Assembly: GCF_004010195.1 (NCBI RefSeq)
Contig: NC_057719.1
Coordinates: 21,218,418 to 21,282,417 of the forward strand
DNA: 64,000 nt
Reading direction: 5' to 3'
Source: Chiloscyllium plagiosum
Taxonomy: Eukaryota
Part shown: piece by piece, positions 52,277-64,000 of the stretch
Layout of the letters: each line of letters starts with the position of its first letter
Position numbering within the stretch: the first letter of the stretch is position 1
The notes under the pieces: generated by a model
Database searches by the model: none
Told to the model about the DNA's origin: nothing
The model's input: only the letters and a program-made list of their open reading frames with translations
Translations under genes and position numbers: made by a program

Positions 52277-53439
52277 CACTCAACACAGGAGCAACCATCC
52301 CAACACCCACAAATGGAGCTGCATCAGGACATTATTTAAATGAGTCACAACACACTGCAACACACAGCAACTATGAGAAGCTGAGGAAAAACACCTATGC
52401 AATGTATTTAGGAACAACTCATACCTGATAAGCACAGTCTACCGATTCCTGCACAACAGACCTAAACAGGAAGACACAACACGCCCAGACATTCTATCCA
52501 CCCTACCATGCATCAAAGACATCGCAGAGATTACAACCAGCTTACTCTAGCTCCGAGGCATCATGGTTATCCACAAACCTACCACCACACTGAAACAGCT
52601 CCTGATTAATTTGAAGGACCCCATACCAATAACCAGCAGAACCAACGTCATATACAAAATACCCCTGCAAGGACTGCAACGAACATTGCATTGGACAAGT
52701 GGGCAGGAAGCTCGCCACCAGGATACATCAGCATCAACTAGCCACCAAAAGACATGACCAACTATCACTAGTATCCATACACATAGTCAAAGAGGGACAC
52801 CAGTTCGACTGGGACAGTACATCCATCCTGGGACAGGCTAAACAAAGACACAAACAGGAATTCCTCGAGGCCTTACATTCAAACCAGAACTTCACGAACA
52901 AACATATAGATTTGTACCCCACTTATCAACCTCTCCAAAACAGAACCGAAAATGTTATCACCTACCACAACAAACCGAGACAGACAATTAGCAAGTGGGA
53001 CAGAACACCAATGCTTCACTAGAGGCTCACTGATGATGTTAAATAGCATGGTGATGAAACATCTGAGAACACCAGCTCAGTGAGCAAACTTGCAACCTGA
53101 TCCACAACCTGAGCTACAAATCTTCTCCAGAATCTCATTTCTGATAGCATTCATCTTTGAGATACAGTGCCCTACTGCTTTTATGTCAAAGTTCTGGAAA
53201 CAGTCTTGAGGAAGTCTTTACTGCTTGATAGAACACACAGCTTTACTCAGTGAAAGGGAGAATGTACAATGGAAACAAAAATTGAAAAGGATAAGCAAAA
53301 TTGATGTACAAATATCTGTACTCAGTTATATGGAATGCATTTTTGGAAGTGACATTCTTTATGTGATGAGGTAGTGAGTAGCATTTACCCCATGACCTGA
53401 TTACTATTTTTAAGTTTGTTTACATTTTATCTTTATAAT

Positions 53440-53850
53440 GGAGAATAGAGAAATGACAGAGTAGTTGCGTGATTACTTTGTGTCTACTTTCAGTGAGAAG
53501 CTTACCAGAAATCTCTTAGAGCTGGAGATTCAAGTGACGAGGGAGATGGAGAAGTGGAATCAGTAGGAAGGTTGTACTGGGAAAATGAATGGGGCTGAAA
53601 GTTGATAAATCTCTAGAACCTGATCGGCCTACATCCAGAGTGCTGAAAGAAGTTACTATCAAGATAGTTCATGTAGTAGTGATGATCTTTCAAAATTTTA
53701 CACTTTCTGGAATGATTCTGTGGATTAGTCAATCGCAAACATCACTCCACTATTTCAGAAGGGTCAAGAGATATAATGGAGAAGGGCAGACCTGTTAACC
53801 TTATATCAGTAGTAGAGAAAATGTTGCAATCTATTGCAAAAGGAAGGGAT
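53440..53850 (+). mobile_element. Old CR1 ORF2 fragment
   Basis: MGLKVDKSLEPD..SRVLKEV..KIV. Confidence 0.65.
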
Positions 53851-54264
53851 AAACAGACTCAAGTAACAGCAAAATACTGCGGATGCTGAAAATCCGAAAC
53901 AAAATGAGAAAGCTCTGGAGAAACCCAGCAGTATGGCAGTGTCTGAGCGCAGAGAAACAGAGTTACTGTTTTGTGTCCAAAATGACTTATATTTGGAATT
54001 CTTTTGTTTGCACACTGGTGGTGAAGGTGACATGGCTAGGACCAGATAACAGGAAATTGCAAAACTGATGTAAAGTGTCTCAGGAGAAACTCAAATCTAA
54101 TTAGGAAGAGCCTAAACAATGAGGATAACATTGGAAGAAATGACTGCTTATATTTCTAGGAGTGTCAATGACCTTATCTCCTCTGGAGATCTCCCCTCCA
54201 TAGCTTCCCACGTCATACTCCCTCAAACCCAAAAAAAACCCACTTCTAATTCCTTCCTAAAAGG

Positions 54265-54465
54265 GGAAGGTAATAGCCTAGTGATTTTATCGCTAGACTA
54301 TTAACTCAGACACCCAGGAAATGTCCTAGGGGCCCGGTTGCAAATCTCATCATGGCAGATGGTGAAATCTGAATTTAATAAAAAATCTGGAGTTAAGGGT
54401 CTAATGATGAACGTGACACCATTGCTGATTGTTGGAATAACCCACCTGGGTCACTAATATCTTTG
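54265..54465 (+). mobile_element. tRNA-derived SINE 5' part
   Basis: ggtaatagcctagtg...catggcagatggtgaaatctgaatttaataaaaaatctgg...tcactaat. Confidence 0.7.
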
Positions 54466-54750
54466 GGGTGGCTCAGTGGTTAGCAATGGTGCCTCTCAGC
54501 ACCAGGGACCTGGGTTCAATTCCAGTTCTTAGGTGACTGCCTGTGTGGAGTTTGCACTTCCTCCCTGTGTCTGCATGGGTTTCCTCTGCATGCTCCGGTG
54601 AATTGGCTGCGCTAAATTGCCTATAGGTTAGGTGCATTAGTCATGGGTAAATATAGAGGAGGGGGAATGGGTCTGGGTGTGGATTGCTCTTTGGAGGGTC
54701 GGTGTGGACTTATTGGGCTGAAGGGCCTGTTTCCACACTGTTGGGATTCT
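54466..54750 (+). mobile_element. HE1-like V-SINE
   Basis: Head, V-domain and tail gggcctgtttccacactg. Confidence 0.88.
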
Positions 54751-55810
54751 ATAATTCAAAATCGACAAATAGGACTGCCTTGGCAGATCCATTTCAGCCT
54801 GTTTCATTCCCACACTAAATTTGTTTCCCATTTTGACTTACATTTTTCTTAAAAATACATATGTAAGAGAAATTGTTTGATCATTGTTCTAGTAACAACA
54901 ATATATCAATTCTGCCTGTCCCGTTAATGGCTAACCTCCGAGAAACAATTAGACAATTCCCTACTGTTTACAAATTATGGACAGTAATTACATTTTTTCA
55001 AGGCATGCATCGTCCTGTGGCTTGTCTCTGGATTTTAACCAAGTGCTGCTCTACAATTCACACACGTGTCCCAAGACAGAGAGATGTCCTTCAAATCTGC
55101 TAACTACGTTTCGCAGGTTGTGGTTGGATTCTGCTGTGCTCACTCACGTTGTGTAAAGAAATCAATGCCAAAGTACCTTCATTAGCATGCTGTTCTTTTC
55201 AATGCCTTTACTGTATTTAAATCTAACTATCAGTCACATTGGGCACTTTTTACATGCTGTGTTTGTGCTATTTAGTCAGTTGTTAGTCATCTGCTTCAGC
55301 CACTTTTGGTGCAAATTCCTAACTCAAGGTGTAAAATACTGATGAGTGTTAATTGGCAATTATCTGCTGAGTAACAAGTTAATCAACTTTGTGCAGCTCC
55401 AAATGAAAGTGTATCCAAATAAATTAAGCCCAGCTGTCTGTCATTCTAGTTTGTTCAGTTTAGATAAACTCTAATCCCTTGACCTATTTAGCTATTGCAT
55501 TGAAGGTGCTGACCTCAATTCGACAATTTGAAGTTAATGTTTTCTCCAGTATTAAAAGTAACTGATCATACACATCTTTAATGATTCTCCTTTTTTTCAG
55601 GAATGCAGAAAATAATATTTGACTTGACACATAAAATATTATGGATGCTGAAAATCTGAAATAAAACAAAAAGTATTGGAGAAACACAGCAGATTCAGAT
55701 TTATGGTCATATATATACACAGATAGTGAAAAGTGCTCATTGTATGTTGCCACGCTCCGGCACCATCTTGAAAAACTGAATGTAATGCAAGATATTACTG
55801 CGATAAAGTT

Positions 55811-55990
55811 GATGTTGGACTGGGGTGGACCAAGTTAAAAATCACACAACACCAGGATATAGTCCAACAGGTTTATTTGGAAGCACTAGCTTTTGAAGCG
55901 CTGCTCCTTCATCAGGTGGTTGCTCTGAAAGCTAGTGCTTCCAAATAAACCTGTTGGACTATAACCTGGTGTTGTGTGATTTTTACCTTT
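55811..55990. mobile_element. PLE-derived fold-back element, family A
   Basis: IR arms ~55823-55886 / ~55925-55989; minus-strand CUGAUGA-A-GGAGC-AGC-GCUUC-AAAAGCUA degenerate hammerhead. Confidence 0.85.
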
Positions 55991-57109
55991 GCAATAGAGT
56001 TCATCTTTTGCACTTCTTCTTGTTCCTCCTCCAGGTACTGTTTGACATTGACTGGGATCTCTGTAATAGGTTCCAGGATCTCAGCTACGGGCCCATCTCC
56101 ACCACGACCCAAAATGCAATATCTTGGCTGGATCCATCGGCTTGGTCTCATATCTCCTGTTTCCATTCCGACGCTCCTCCAGATATGGCCATTGGTCACC
56201 GGGGTCCTCACTTCAGTTTCCTCTACTGCTGATGCTGCACTGTGCGTGACCTCTGTGCCTGACCCAGAGCTGGCTGGGCATCTGGTTGCTGCACAGGGAC
56301 TGGTGTTGAGGTGTCCAAGCTGGAGCCTGGGCCCAAGAGTCGTTGAACCCATGGAAAACTGTGGAAAGGTATGGATTCTGCCATCTCTGCAGCACGGTGC
56401 CGTCTCCATGGTGACCAGGAGCAGCCAAGCCTGGGCTCATGTGCCAAATGCTGCTGCTATAATTTTGAAGAAAAGGTCTGCTGTTTGTGGGGCTTGCTTT
56501 GGGTGAAAGGGTGAAAACAGGCACTAAATAGATGCTGTGTTAACTTGCCTGCTTGGAAGGTTTGATTCTGATAAAACTTTGATTTTGCTTGCTGATTACC
56601 ATTAAGTTGAATGTGGCTGAAGGTACGAAACTAAACACACTGAATGTTTATGACACAAGCGCTGACTGAACACAATTTTCGTCGAGCAACCTACGTGGGC
56701 TCCAGATATCCAGTTTCCCTGGAAGTGTGGGGTTCGCTAGTTTGTAGCTGTTAAGCCATTGCAGGATGACTTAGAAACTTGCAGGCTTGTCTGTTTTTTC
56801 TTCAAAGAATACACAACAAAAAGGATTAAAAATTTACTGTAACACTGACCTAGGTGTGTTATGGGCTGAAGTCCAGTGTGTGGAATGAAGTGGGATTAGG
56901 ACCTCAGCTTTGAGAACAGACATTTAAGCACCCCTGCATTGTAGCTATAACAAAGGAATGCTTATTTTCTAACTTTGAATTCATTCACTGTAGAAAGGAA
57001 TCAGTGCAATGGAAATTCCACCAACCAGCAGATCCAAGAATCTCAAAATCGACCACTCAATTACCAATGCTCTTGGTGTCATCCAATAAAAGCTGCAACA
57101 GCTGATATG

Positions 57110-57370
57110 TTCCACTCCCCTACCCCGCCTTTACTAATCAAGAACCTGTCTACCGCTGTCTTAAATACAATCAATGACTTGGTCTCCACAGCCATTTAGG
57201 GTGGCAATGAATTCCACAGATTTAACATTCTTTGGCTGAAGAAATTCCTCCTCATCTCAATTCAGAAGGGTCGTCCCTTCATTCTGAGGCTGTGCCCTCA
57301 GGTCCTAGTCTCTCCTACTAGCGGAAACATCTTCCCCATATCTGCCGTATCCAGGCCTCTCAGTATTCTG
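57110..57370 (-). mobile_element. CR1 3' fragment
   Basis: gaattccacagatt...ggctgaagaaattcctcctcatctc...ctagtctctcctactag. Confidence 0.7.
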
Positions 57371-57434
57371 AATCACAAAGCAACATCAGCGAACAAACCC
57401 TGCAAGCATTATGAACAATGCACTGAGAAAGTGA

Positions 57435-57742
57435 GGTGGTACGGTGGCTCAGTGGTTAGCACTGATGCCTCACAGCCCTAGAGACCTGGGTTCAATTCCC
57501 GCCTCGGGCAACTGTTTGTGCGGAGTTTGCACATTCTCCGTGTGTCTATGTGGGTTTCCCCTAGGTGGTCTAGTTTCCTCCCACAGTCCAAAGATGTGTA
57601 GGCCAGGTGAATTGGCCATGCTAAATTGCCTGTGGTGTTAGGTGGATTAGTCAGAGGTAAATATAGGGGGGGTTCTCTTTGGAGGGTTGGTGTGGACTTG
57701 TTGGGCCGAAGGGCCTGTTTCCAGACTGTAGGGAATCTAATC
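57435..57742 (+). mobile_element. HE1-like V-SINE
   Basis: Head, V-domain and tail tagggaatctaatc. Confidence 0.9.
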
Positions 57743-58034
57743 AAGCAATAGGTTAATGTTTGTCCTTATTCTTACCCAGTGTTCTTCATGTGAGAGGGGC
57801 AATGGATCTTTCAGAATAACCTTTTCTTTCAACTTTAAAACTGGGAATCTGGTGGTTGACAGAACAGAGCGGCAAGTTAGAAAATACCAGTGTGAAAATC
57901 CAAGTAAGTCTTTTCTAATATTGAGTTTCAATTCCCTCTACTCAGTCCCTTTACTGTTGTATCATTATTACATCGACAGACTTCATAGTTTATTTTGCAA
58001 TATAAGACAAGAATGACTTGCATTTATATACATC

Positions 58035-59230
58035 AGGGGCAAGGCAGCATAGTAATTATGTTTTTCCACGAATAAGCCAAAGACCTGAACAAATGAACAG
58101 GTGACATGAGTTCATATCGCACCATGATGACTGGGGAAATGAAATTCAGTTACTTAAATAAATGTAGTACATAAAAATTTAATGTCAGTTAACTGTGACC
58201 ATGAAACAATACGTTTATTGTTAAAACTCCCATTTCATGAAAGTCTTTAAGGGAAGGAAATTTCCCATCCTTACCCAGCCTCAGTGTGACTCTAAACCCA
58301 CAGCAATGTGGTTGATCTTAAGTTGTCCTGTGTAAAGACTAAGCAAGCCCCAATTCTTTAAAACTGCTCTGAAAAGAAACATAAGATCAAAACTGAACGA
58401 GTCACTTGAATTTGCTGATTTGGACAAAAGCACACTGAGGCCAGACAACAGACTAAGTCATCTTCACTAATACTGAGCTCCTTTTCCAATATTAGGAAGT
58501 TGTCTCACAGACCAGTTATGCAACTTCCTGACACTGTCATTCTCAAAGATTTGTACATTTTAGTCGACATCCCAACACTACCATCCACATTCCTGGATAT
58601 ACCCACTGGAACTGACAGGACATTGCAACCAGACAGTGACAACAGCAGTTTACAGTTAGCAGGAAGGGGTTGGAAGCCTTTAACATTGACTTCAACCTGC
58701 ATAAAATCACCCAGCATCAAATCAAGTGGGAGCAGAGAAGGCTTCTGCTAATTACTACCTATGCTCTCCCCCCTCCATTAACTACCGAATGAGTTCTCCT
58801 CCATGTTGAACACCATTGGAAGAAGCATTTAAACCAGCAAGAGCAGACAACTTAATCAGTGTCCGTCAGCAAGAGTATCTTACTGGTACCATGTCTAAAT
58901 AAGTTAGCTTTGTTCAAATGGTGTTTTTTTTGTTATTATTTCAAGGAGTGTAGCTGTTACTGGGTAGGTCAACATTTATTGTCCATCCTTAAATGAAAAC
59001 TAAGATTAACCAACTAGTCTGAGCCTGTGAAACAATCATCTCTTCATGAAAAATCTATTCAATATCCATCTCACCCACCTATTTGGTCCTGACCACATGA
59101 ATAGAAGTGAGCATCAAATACCTTGTGAAGATGATCTTCTGACACTTCCATTATAATGTGGGACTATAATATGCTGAATGGAAAGATTTATCGCCTCACA
59201 ACTGGACAACTGATAAAGTCCTACATTGCA
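58035..59230 (+). mobile_element. Second CR1/L2-group LINE 5' portion with SINE-like head
   Basis: SINE-like body (gaccatgaaaca, agggaaggaaat, cccacagcaatgtggttga) followed by EN SHRPVMQLPDTVILKD (58500+) and LLITTY..LHVEHH. Confidence 0.6.
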
Positions 59231-59259
59231 GAGGTTCGGTCCTGCCTCTTAGATACTTC

Positions 59260-60118
59260 ATCCTATTTCCCCTGAACCATGACCCCTCACTCCCAACAAC
59301 CCCCACAGCCCCACAGCACCTTCCCCTCCAAACACTGAAGGTGTAAAATCTGCCCAATTACCTCCTCCCTCTTCAGTATCCAAACATATTTTCCAAGTAG
59401 CACTTTACCTACACTTCATACAACCTAGTCTACTGCATTCGCTGCTCACAATGTGGTCTCCTCTGCATCGGGGAAACAAAGTGTAGACTGGGTGACTGCT
59501 TTGCAGAACATGTTTTGCCTGAAAAACAGACCTTGAGCATCCAGTTGCCTGCCACTTTAACACACCACACTGTTCCCTGGCCAGCATCTCAATCTCAGGC
59601 TTGCTGCAGTGCTGCGTGCTGCAGTGAAGCTCAGCACAAGCTAGAAGAAATAATTCCTCATCCTTCACTTCAGGACCCTTCAGCTCTCCAGACTCAATAT
59701 CGAGTTCAATAATTTTAAGGCCTGAACTCCCCAATGTCCTAACCCCCTACCACAGGCATCAGACCTTGTTATCACACAGCCTGCTATGATACACCACCTG
59801 TTGTTAGACACTAACTGTCTCCATTAATAGCTATTTACCTCCCAGCCGGATCATTATCCAATCCTTTGTCTGTCCAACTGCTCTTCTCTCTCTTTGGGCT
59901 CTACCCTCATCTAATATTTACTCCTTACACCCTCCGTCCACCCTATCTTCTGCATATAAGCCGACACTTTCCAGCTACCATCAGTTCTGAGGACGGGTCA
60001 CTCACCCTGAAACATTACCTCTGATTTCCCTTCACACATGCTGCCAGACCTGCTGAGCTTTTCCAGCAACTTCTGTTTTTGTTTCTGATTTACAGAATTC
60101 ACAGTTGTTTTGTTTTTT
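59260..60118 (+). mobile_element. Penelope-like 3' portion (GIY-YIG + pLTR)
   Basis: NLVYCIRCSQCGLLCIGETKCRLGDCFAEH (~59420-59510); hammerhead-like CUGAGGA-C-GGGU...ACCC-U-GAAA near 59987-60014. Confidence 0.85.
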
Positions 60119-61607
60119 AGATGGATACAGTGATATCAGCTGTCAGCACCAGAAGAATTGTACTCCACATCAAATGGTAATACCAAGGCGTAGCATACAC
60201 CTCGCTCCATCATTTCCTTCAAAAAGAAATCAACAGTAGTTCAATGAGGAACACTGGAGATCATTGCTGCATCTTTGGTGATGATCTTTACGTCCTCACT
60301 GTGCACTGGAGTAGTGCCAGATGATGGGAGGGTGGCAAATGTCATTCCCTTGTTCAAAAAAGGGAATAGGGATAACCCTGGGAATTACAGGTCAGTCAGT
60401 CTTAAGTCAGTGGTGGGCAAATTATTGGAGAGGATTCTGAGAATGGCATTCATGATTACTTGGAAAATCATAGTTTGATTAGAGATAGTCAGCATGGCTT
60501 TGTGAGGGGCAGGTCATGCCTCACCAACCTTATTGAATTCTTTGAGGATGTGATAATGAAGGTAGAGCAGTAGATGTGATGTACATGGATTTTAACAAGG
60601 CATTTGATAACATTTCCCATGGTAGGTTCATTCAGAAAGTAAGAAGACATGGGATACAGGGAAATTTGGCTGTCTGGATACAGAATTGGCTGGCCCATAG
60701 GAGACAGAGGGTGGTAGTTGATGGAAAGTATTCAGCCTGGAGCTTGGTGACCAGTGGTGTTCTGCAAGGATCTGTTCTGGGAACTCTGCTCTTTGTGACT
60801 TTTATAAATGACTTACATGAAGAAGTGGAAGTGTGGGTTAGTAAATTTGCCAATGACACAAAGGTTGGTGGAGTGGTGCATGGTGTGGAGGGCTGTTGTA
60901 GGTTGCAACAGGACATTGACAAGATGCAGAGCTGGGCTGATAAGTGGCAGATGCAATTCAACCTGAATAAGTATAAAGTGATTTATTTTAGACAGTCGAA
61001 TTTGAATGCAGATTACAGGATTAAAGGCAGGATTCTTGGCAGTGTGGGGGAAGAGAGGGATCTTGGGGTCCACATCCATAGATGCCTCAAAGTTGCCAAG
61101 TTGATAGGGTTGTTAAGAAGGTTGTTAAGAAGTTGATGGGGTGTGTTGTCTTTCATTAGCAGGGAGATTGAGTTTTAAGAGCCACGAGGCTATGTTGCAG
61201 CTCTATAGAGCCCTGGTTAGACCACACTTGGAGTATTGTGATCAGTTCTGGTTGCCTCATTATAGGAAATATTTGGAAGCATTAGAGAAGATTTCCAGGA
61301 GATTTACTAGGATGCTGCCTGGACTGGAGGGCATTTCTTATAAGAAAAGGTTGAGGGAGCTAGGGCTTTCCTCACTGGAGCGAAGAAGGATGAGAGGTGA
61401 CTTGATAGAGATGTATAAAATGCTGAGAGGCATAGATAGTGTGAATAGTTGGAGACTTTTTGCCAGGGCAGAAATGGCTATCACAAGGGGGCATAATTTT
61501 AAGGCATTTGGGGAAAGGTTTCAGGGAGATGTCAGAGGTAGGTTCTTTACACAGAGAATGGTGGGTATGTGGAATGCACTGCCAGCAATGGTAGTAGAGT
61601 CAGATTC

Positions 61608-61635
61608 CTGAAGAAGGGCTTATGCCCGAAACGTC
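61608..61635 (+). ncRNA. Minimal hammerhead ribozyme, best-preserved copy
   Basis: CUGAAGA-A-GGGC-UUAU-GCCC-GAAA-CGUC: full core, 4-bp stem II, palindromic ACGU helix III, GUC cleavage triplet. Confidence 0.75.
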
Positions 61636-61732
61636 GATTCTCCTGTTCCCTGAATGCTGCCTGACCTGCTGCGCTTTTCCAGCAACACATTTTCAGCTCT
61701 GACCTCCGGCATCTGCAGACCTCACTTTCTCC
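61608..61732 (+). mobile_element. Family B short element nested in CR1
   Basis: Direct repeat tcagattc at 61600 and 61733; canonical family B sequence. Confidence 0.9.
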
Positions 61733-61989
61733 TCAGATTCATTAAGGACATTTATGTGACTCTTGGATAGGCACAGGGATGATAGTAAAGTGAAGGGCAT
61801 GTAGGTTAGTTTGACCTTAGAGTAGGATATAAGGTCTGCACAACATCAAAGGGCCTGTATTGTACTGTGCTGTACTGTTCTATGTTCTATGTCAGAAGCA
61901 ACGTCAATAATATTAAAAATGGGGAGGCTCTAACACAGCATTGTGTAAATCTTAAACTGCATTCCATATAGATCAAGCTAAGTGACCCC

Positions 61990-62960
61990 ACATTCAACAG
62001 ATCAGATGAATGCTCTGCAACCCTGCCACATCCAGATGTGAATGGTCTTGAACAATTAAAGAATGGGCCAGAGGAGGAGGTTCGATGTATATCTGTAACC
62101 TCAGCAAATTTGCAGCTGTGTATTGATGGGTGGGGGTAGAAGACCCAATGCATCAGTCCAAGCAACTGGATTAGAGATTTGCAATCATCATCAGCCAGAT
62201 ATGCCAAGTAGAAGATCTATCTTGACCTCCTCCTGAGATCCCCAGCGTCATATAGTCAGTCTTCAGTCAACATAGCATCAGGGTTACTATTGTCCTAAAA
62301 CTTAACTAGACTAGTAACACAAATACTGTGGATACAGATCAGGGGCTCAATGTCCTGCTGCACATGACCCAGTTCTGGACTGTCCATGTGTATCAAGGTA
62401 CAAGCCAGAAGGGAATACTCTCCATACCCGAATGAACACAGCTCAAACAATACTCCAGGACAGCATTTGTGGATGTGGTGGCAAGATCAGGACTTATTGC
62501 ACTGAGAAGATTCTAGTAAACGGCTCCATAAAACACTGCAGTGGATTTGATGATGTTAACACCACAAAGCTGTTAGATAGGGAGTCCTTGGACTTTAACA
62601 CAGAGATAATAAAGGAAGGATAATTTATTTTCAAGTTACGCTGGTATGCAACTTGAGGAGGCTGCAGATATTCCCTTGTTTCTGTTACCCACATGAGTCA
62701 AAGCATCGAAGGGTAACAAATCGATCATTTTAATCATTCACTCCCTCCACCACCAGTGTTGCAGTGTGTATTATGCACATGATGCATTGAACAATCTTAC
62801 AAGGTTTCAGCAATTCTAAAACCCACCGCCTCAATGTCCAGGAAGAGCAGTGTTAAATTCCTTGGGACTCACTGCCTAACAGCATTGCAGAAGTATTTTC
62901 ACCATAGTAACTGCAATAGTTCAAGAAGAAAGTTTACCACGACCTTCTCAAGGGGAATTA
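61990..62960 (+). mobile_element. Highly decayed CR1/L2-group LINE 3' fragments
   Basis: gggaatactctcc, tcattcactccctccaccacc, gttcaagaagaaagtttaccacgaccttctcaagggg tail motifs. Confidence 0.5.
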
Positions 62961-62994
62961 ATAATGATCTCTCCACAACCTGTGACTGAATAAG

Positions 62995-63370
62995 GTAAAA
63001 GCACTGTTCATGATCGTAAAATGTTGAGCCAATTAGCTATTTTGAAGTGTAATTACTGTAATAATCTAGAAAATGTGGTCGTCTATTTACACACAGCAAG
63101 ATATCACTAAAAGTAACGAGATGAATCACAAGTTAATGTCTTCTACTGATGTTGGTTAAGGGTTAATCATTGGATGAGACTTCTTTGGAGAGCAGGCCCT
63201 TTGAAAATGTTATGGCACCTTTCAGTGGAAATGAAACCTTGTTTTAATGTTTCATCTAAAACATGACAACTCCTACAGTGCTTCACTAAACTGTCAGCCT
63301 CGAATACAGGCCGCTGGAGTGGTCTTAAGTCCACAACTTTCTGACCCAAAGGCCAGACCAGCAGAACTGA
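62995..63370 (-). mobile_element. Deu-domain SINE (SacSINE1-like)
   Basis: ttttgaagtgtaattactgta...cacacagcaagat...gatgttggttaaggg...tttaatgtttcatct...cacaactttctgac reverse-matches Deu core and tRNA head. Confidence 0.6.
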
Positions 63371-63374
63371 GGTT

Positions 63375-64000
63375 GAGAGGGTTGAGAGGGTCAAGTTCCT
63401 GGGAGTGACAATAACTGAAAAACCGTGCTGGACTCCAATGTAGATGCGATGGTCAAGAAGGAAAAACAATGCCTCTTCTCCCTCAGGCAGCTTAGGAAAT
63501 TCAGAATGTCCATAAGGACCTCATCAAATTTTACAGATGCACCATTGAAAGCATTCTATCAGGATTCATAACAGCCTGGTGTGACAACTGCTCTGCCCAG
63601 GTCCATAAGAAGCTACACAAGGTTGTGTGTACAGCTCAGACCATCACAAAAGCCAACCTCCCACCCATGGACTCAATTTACACTTCTTGTTGCTGTGGAA
63701 AGCCTGCCAACATCATCAAAGACCCCTCCCACCCCAGTAATGCTCTCCTACAACCTCTTCCATCAGGCAGAAGGTACAAAAGCTCAAGAACACACAGCAA
63801 CAGGTTCAAGAACAATTCCTTCCTTGCTGTTGAATGAACTTCAAATAATGTTGATCTTGCTAATATTAATCTTGCTTTGCGCGCCTCCTGTTCAGCCATA
63901 ACCTAGTATGCCTCACTCTGTCTAAGCACCCTATGATCTGTATACCCTTGTTTGCTCTGATCTGCCTGTGCTGCTTGCAAGACAGAGCTTTTCACTGTAC
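63375..64000 (+). mobile_element. Rex1/Babar LINE 3' portion (runs off the window)
   Basis: KFLGVTI; FYRCTIESILS; IIKDPSHPSNALLQPLPSGRRY (63625-63837). Confidence 0.85.

Larger units (their letters stand above)
50388..53135 (+). mobile_element. Penelope-like element with inverted 5' arm, hosting nested insertions
   Basis: RT C-term HINSILASIKFTKEEENNNRLPFLDV (~51510-51590), SNHPNTHKWSCIRTLF, GIY-YIG NVIYKIP..RIHQHQLATKRH; inverted arm 50388-50513 + 51311-51495; 13-bp TSD catttctgatagc at 50375 and 53136. Confidence 0.9.
60255..61890 (+). mobile_element. CR1 LINE, 5'-truncated (RT to 3' tail)
   Basis: ORFs 60275-60478, 60576-61136 (YMDFNKAFD, GVLQGSVLG, FANDTK), 61141-61611; tail tactgttctatgttctatgt. 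Confidence 0.95.

Noticed and set aside
61108..61132. Tandem duplication gttgttaagaag x2
   Set aside because: Ordinary slippage inside a dead CR1
1..64000. CRISPR array or prokaryotic operon/defence system
   Set aside because: No regularly spaced repeat-spacer array or gene-dense organisation; the sequence is vertebrate-type repeat DNA

Overview
Eukaryotic, repeat-saturated DNA with no recognisable host protein-coding gene, rRNA, tRNA gene or CRISPR array. The repeat repertoire (HE1-like V-SINEs, HER1-like CR1 LINEs, Deu-domain SINEs, Rex1/Babar, Penelope-like elements) points to an intronic or intergenic stretch of a cartilaginous fish, probably a shark (inference). Nearly all ORFs in the track are decayed retroelement fragments or their antisense shadows. 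Main points: (i) several Penelope-like (PLE) families and short non-autonomous derivatives carry minimal hammerhead ribozyme cores (CUGANGA-N-stem II-GAAA-short palindrome), often insert as fold-back palindromes, and have clear 8-16 bp target-site duplications (TSDs); (ii) two multi-level nested insertions; (iii) a decayed two-gene Harbinger transposon and a decayed Gypsy element; (iv) a CR1/L2-group LINE whose endonuclease follows directly on a tRNA-SINE-like 5' head, with no room for ORF1. Family names come from motif recognition, not database searches. Boundaries of old elements are approximate.
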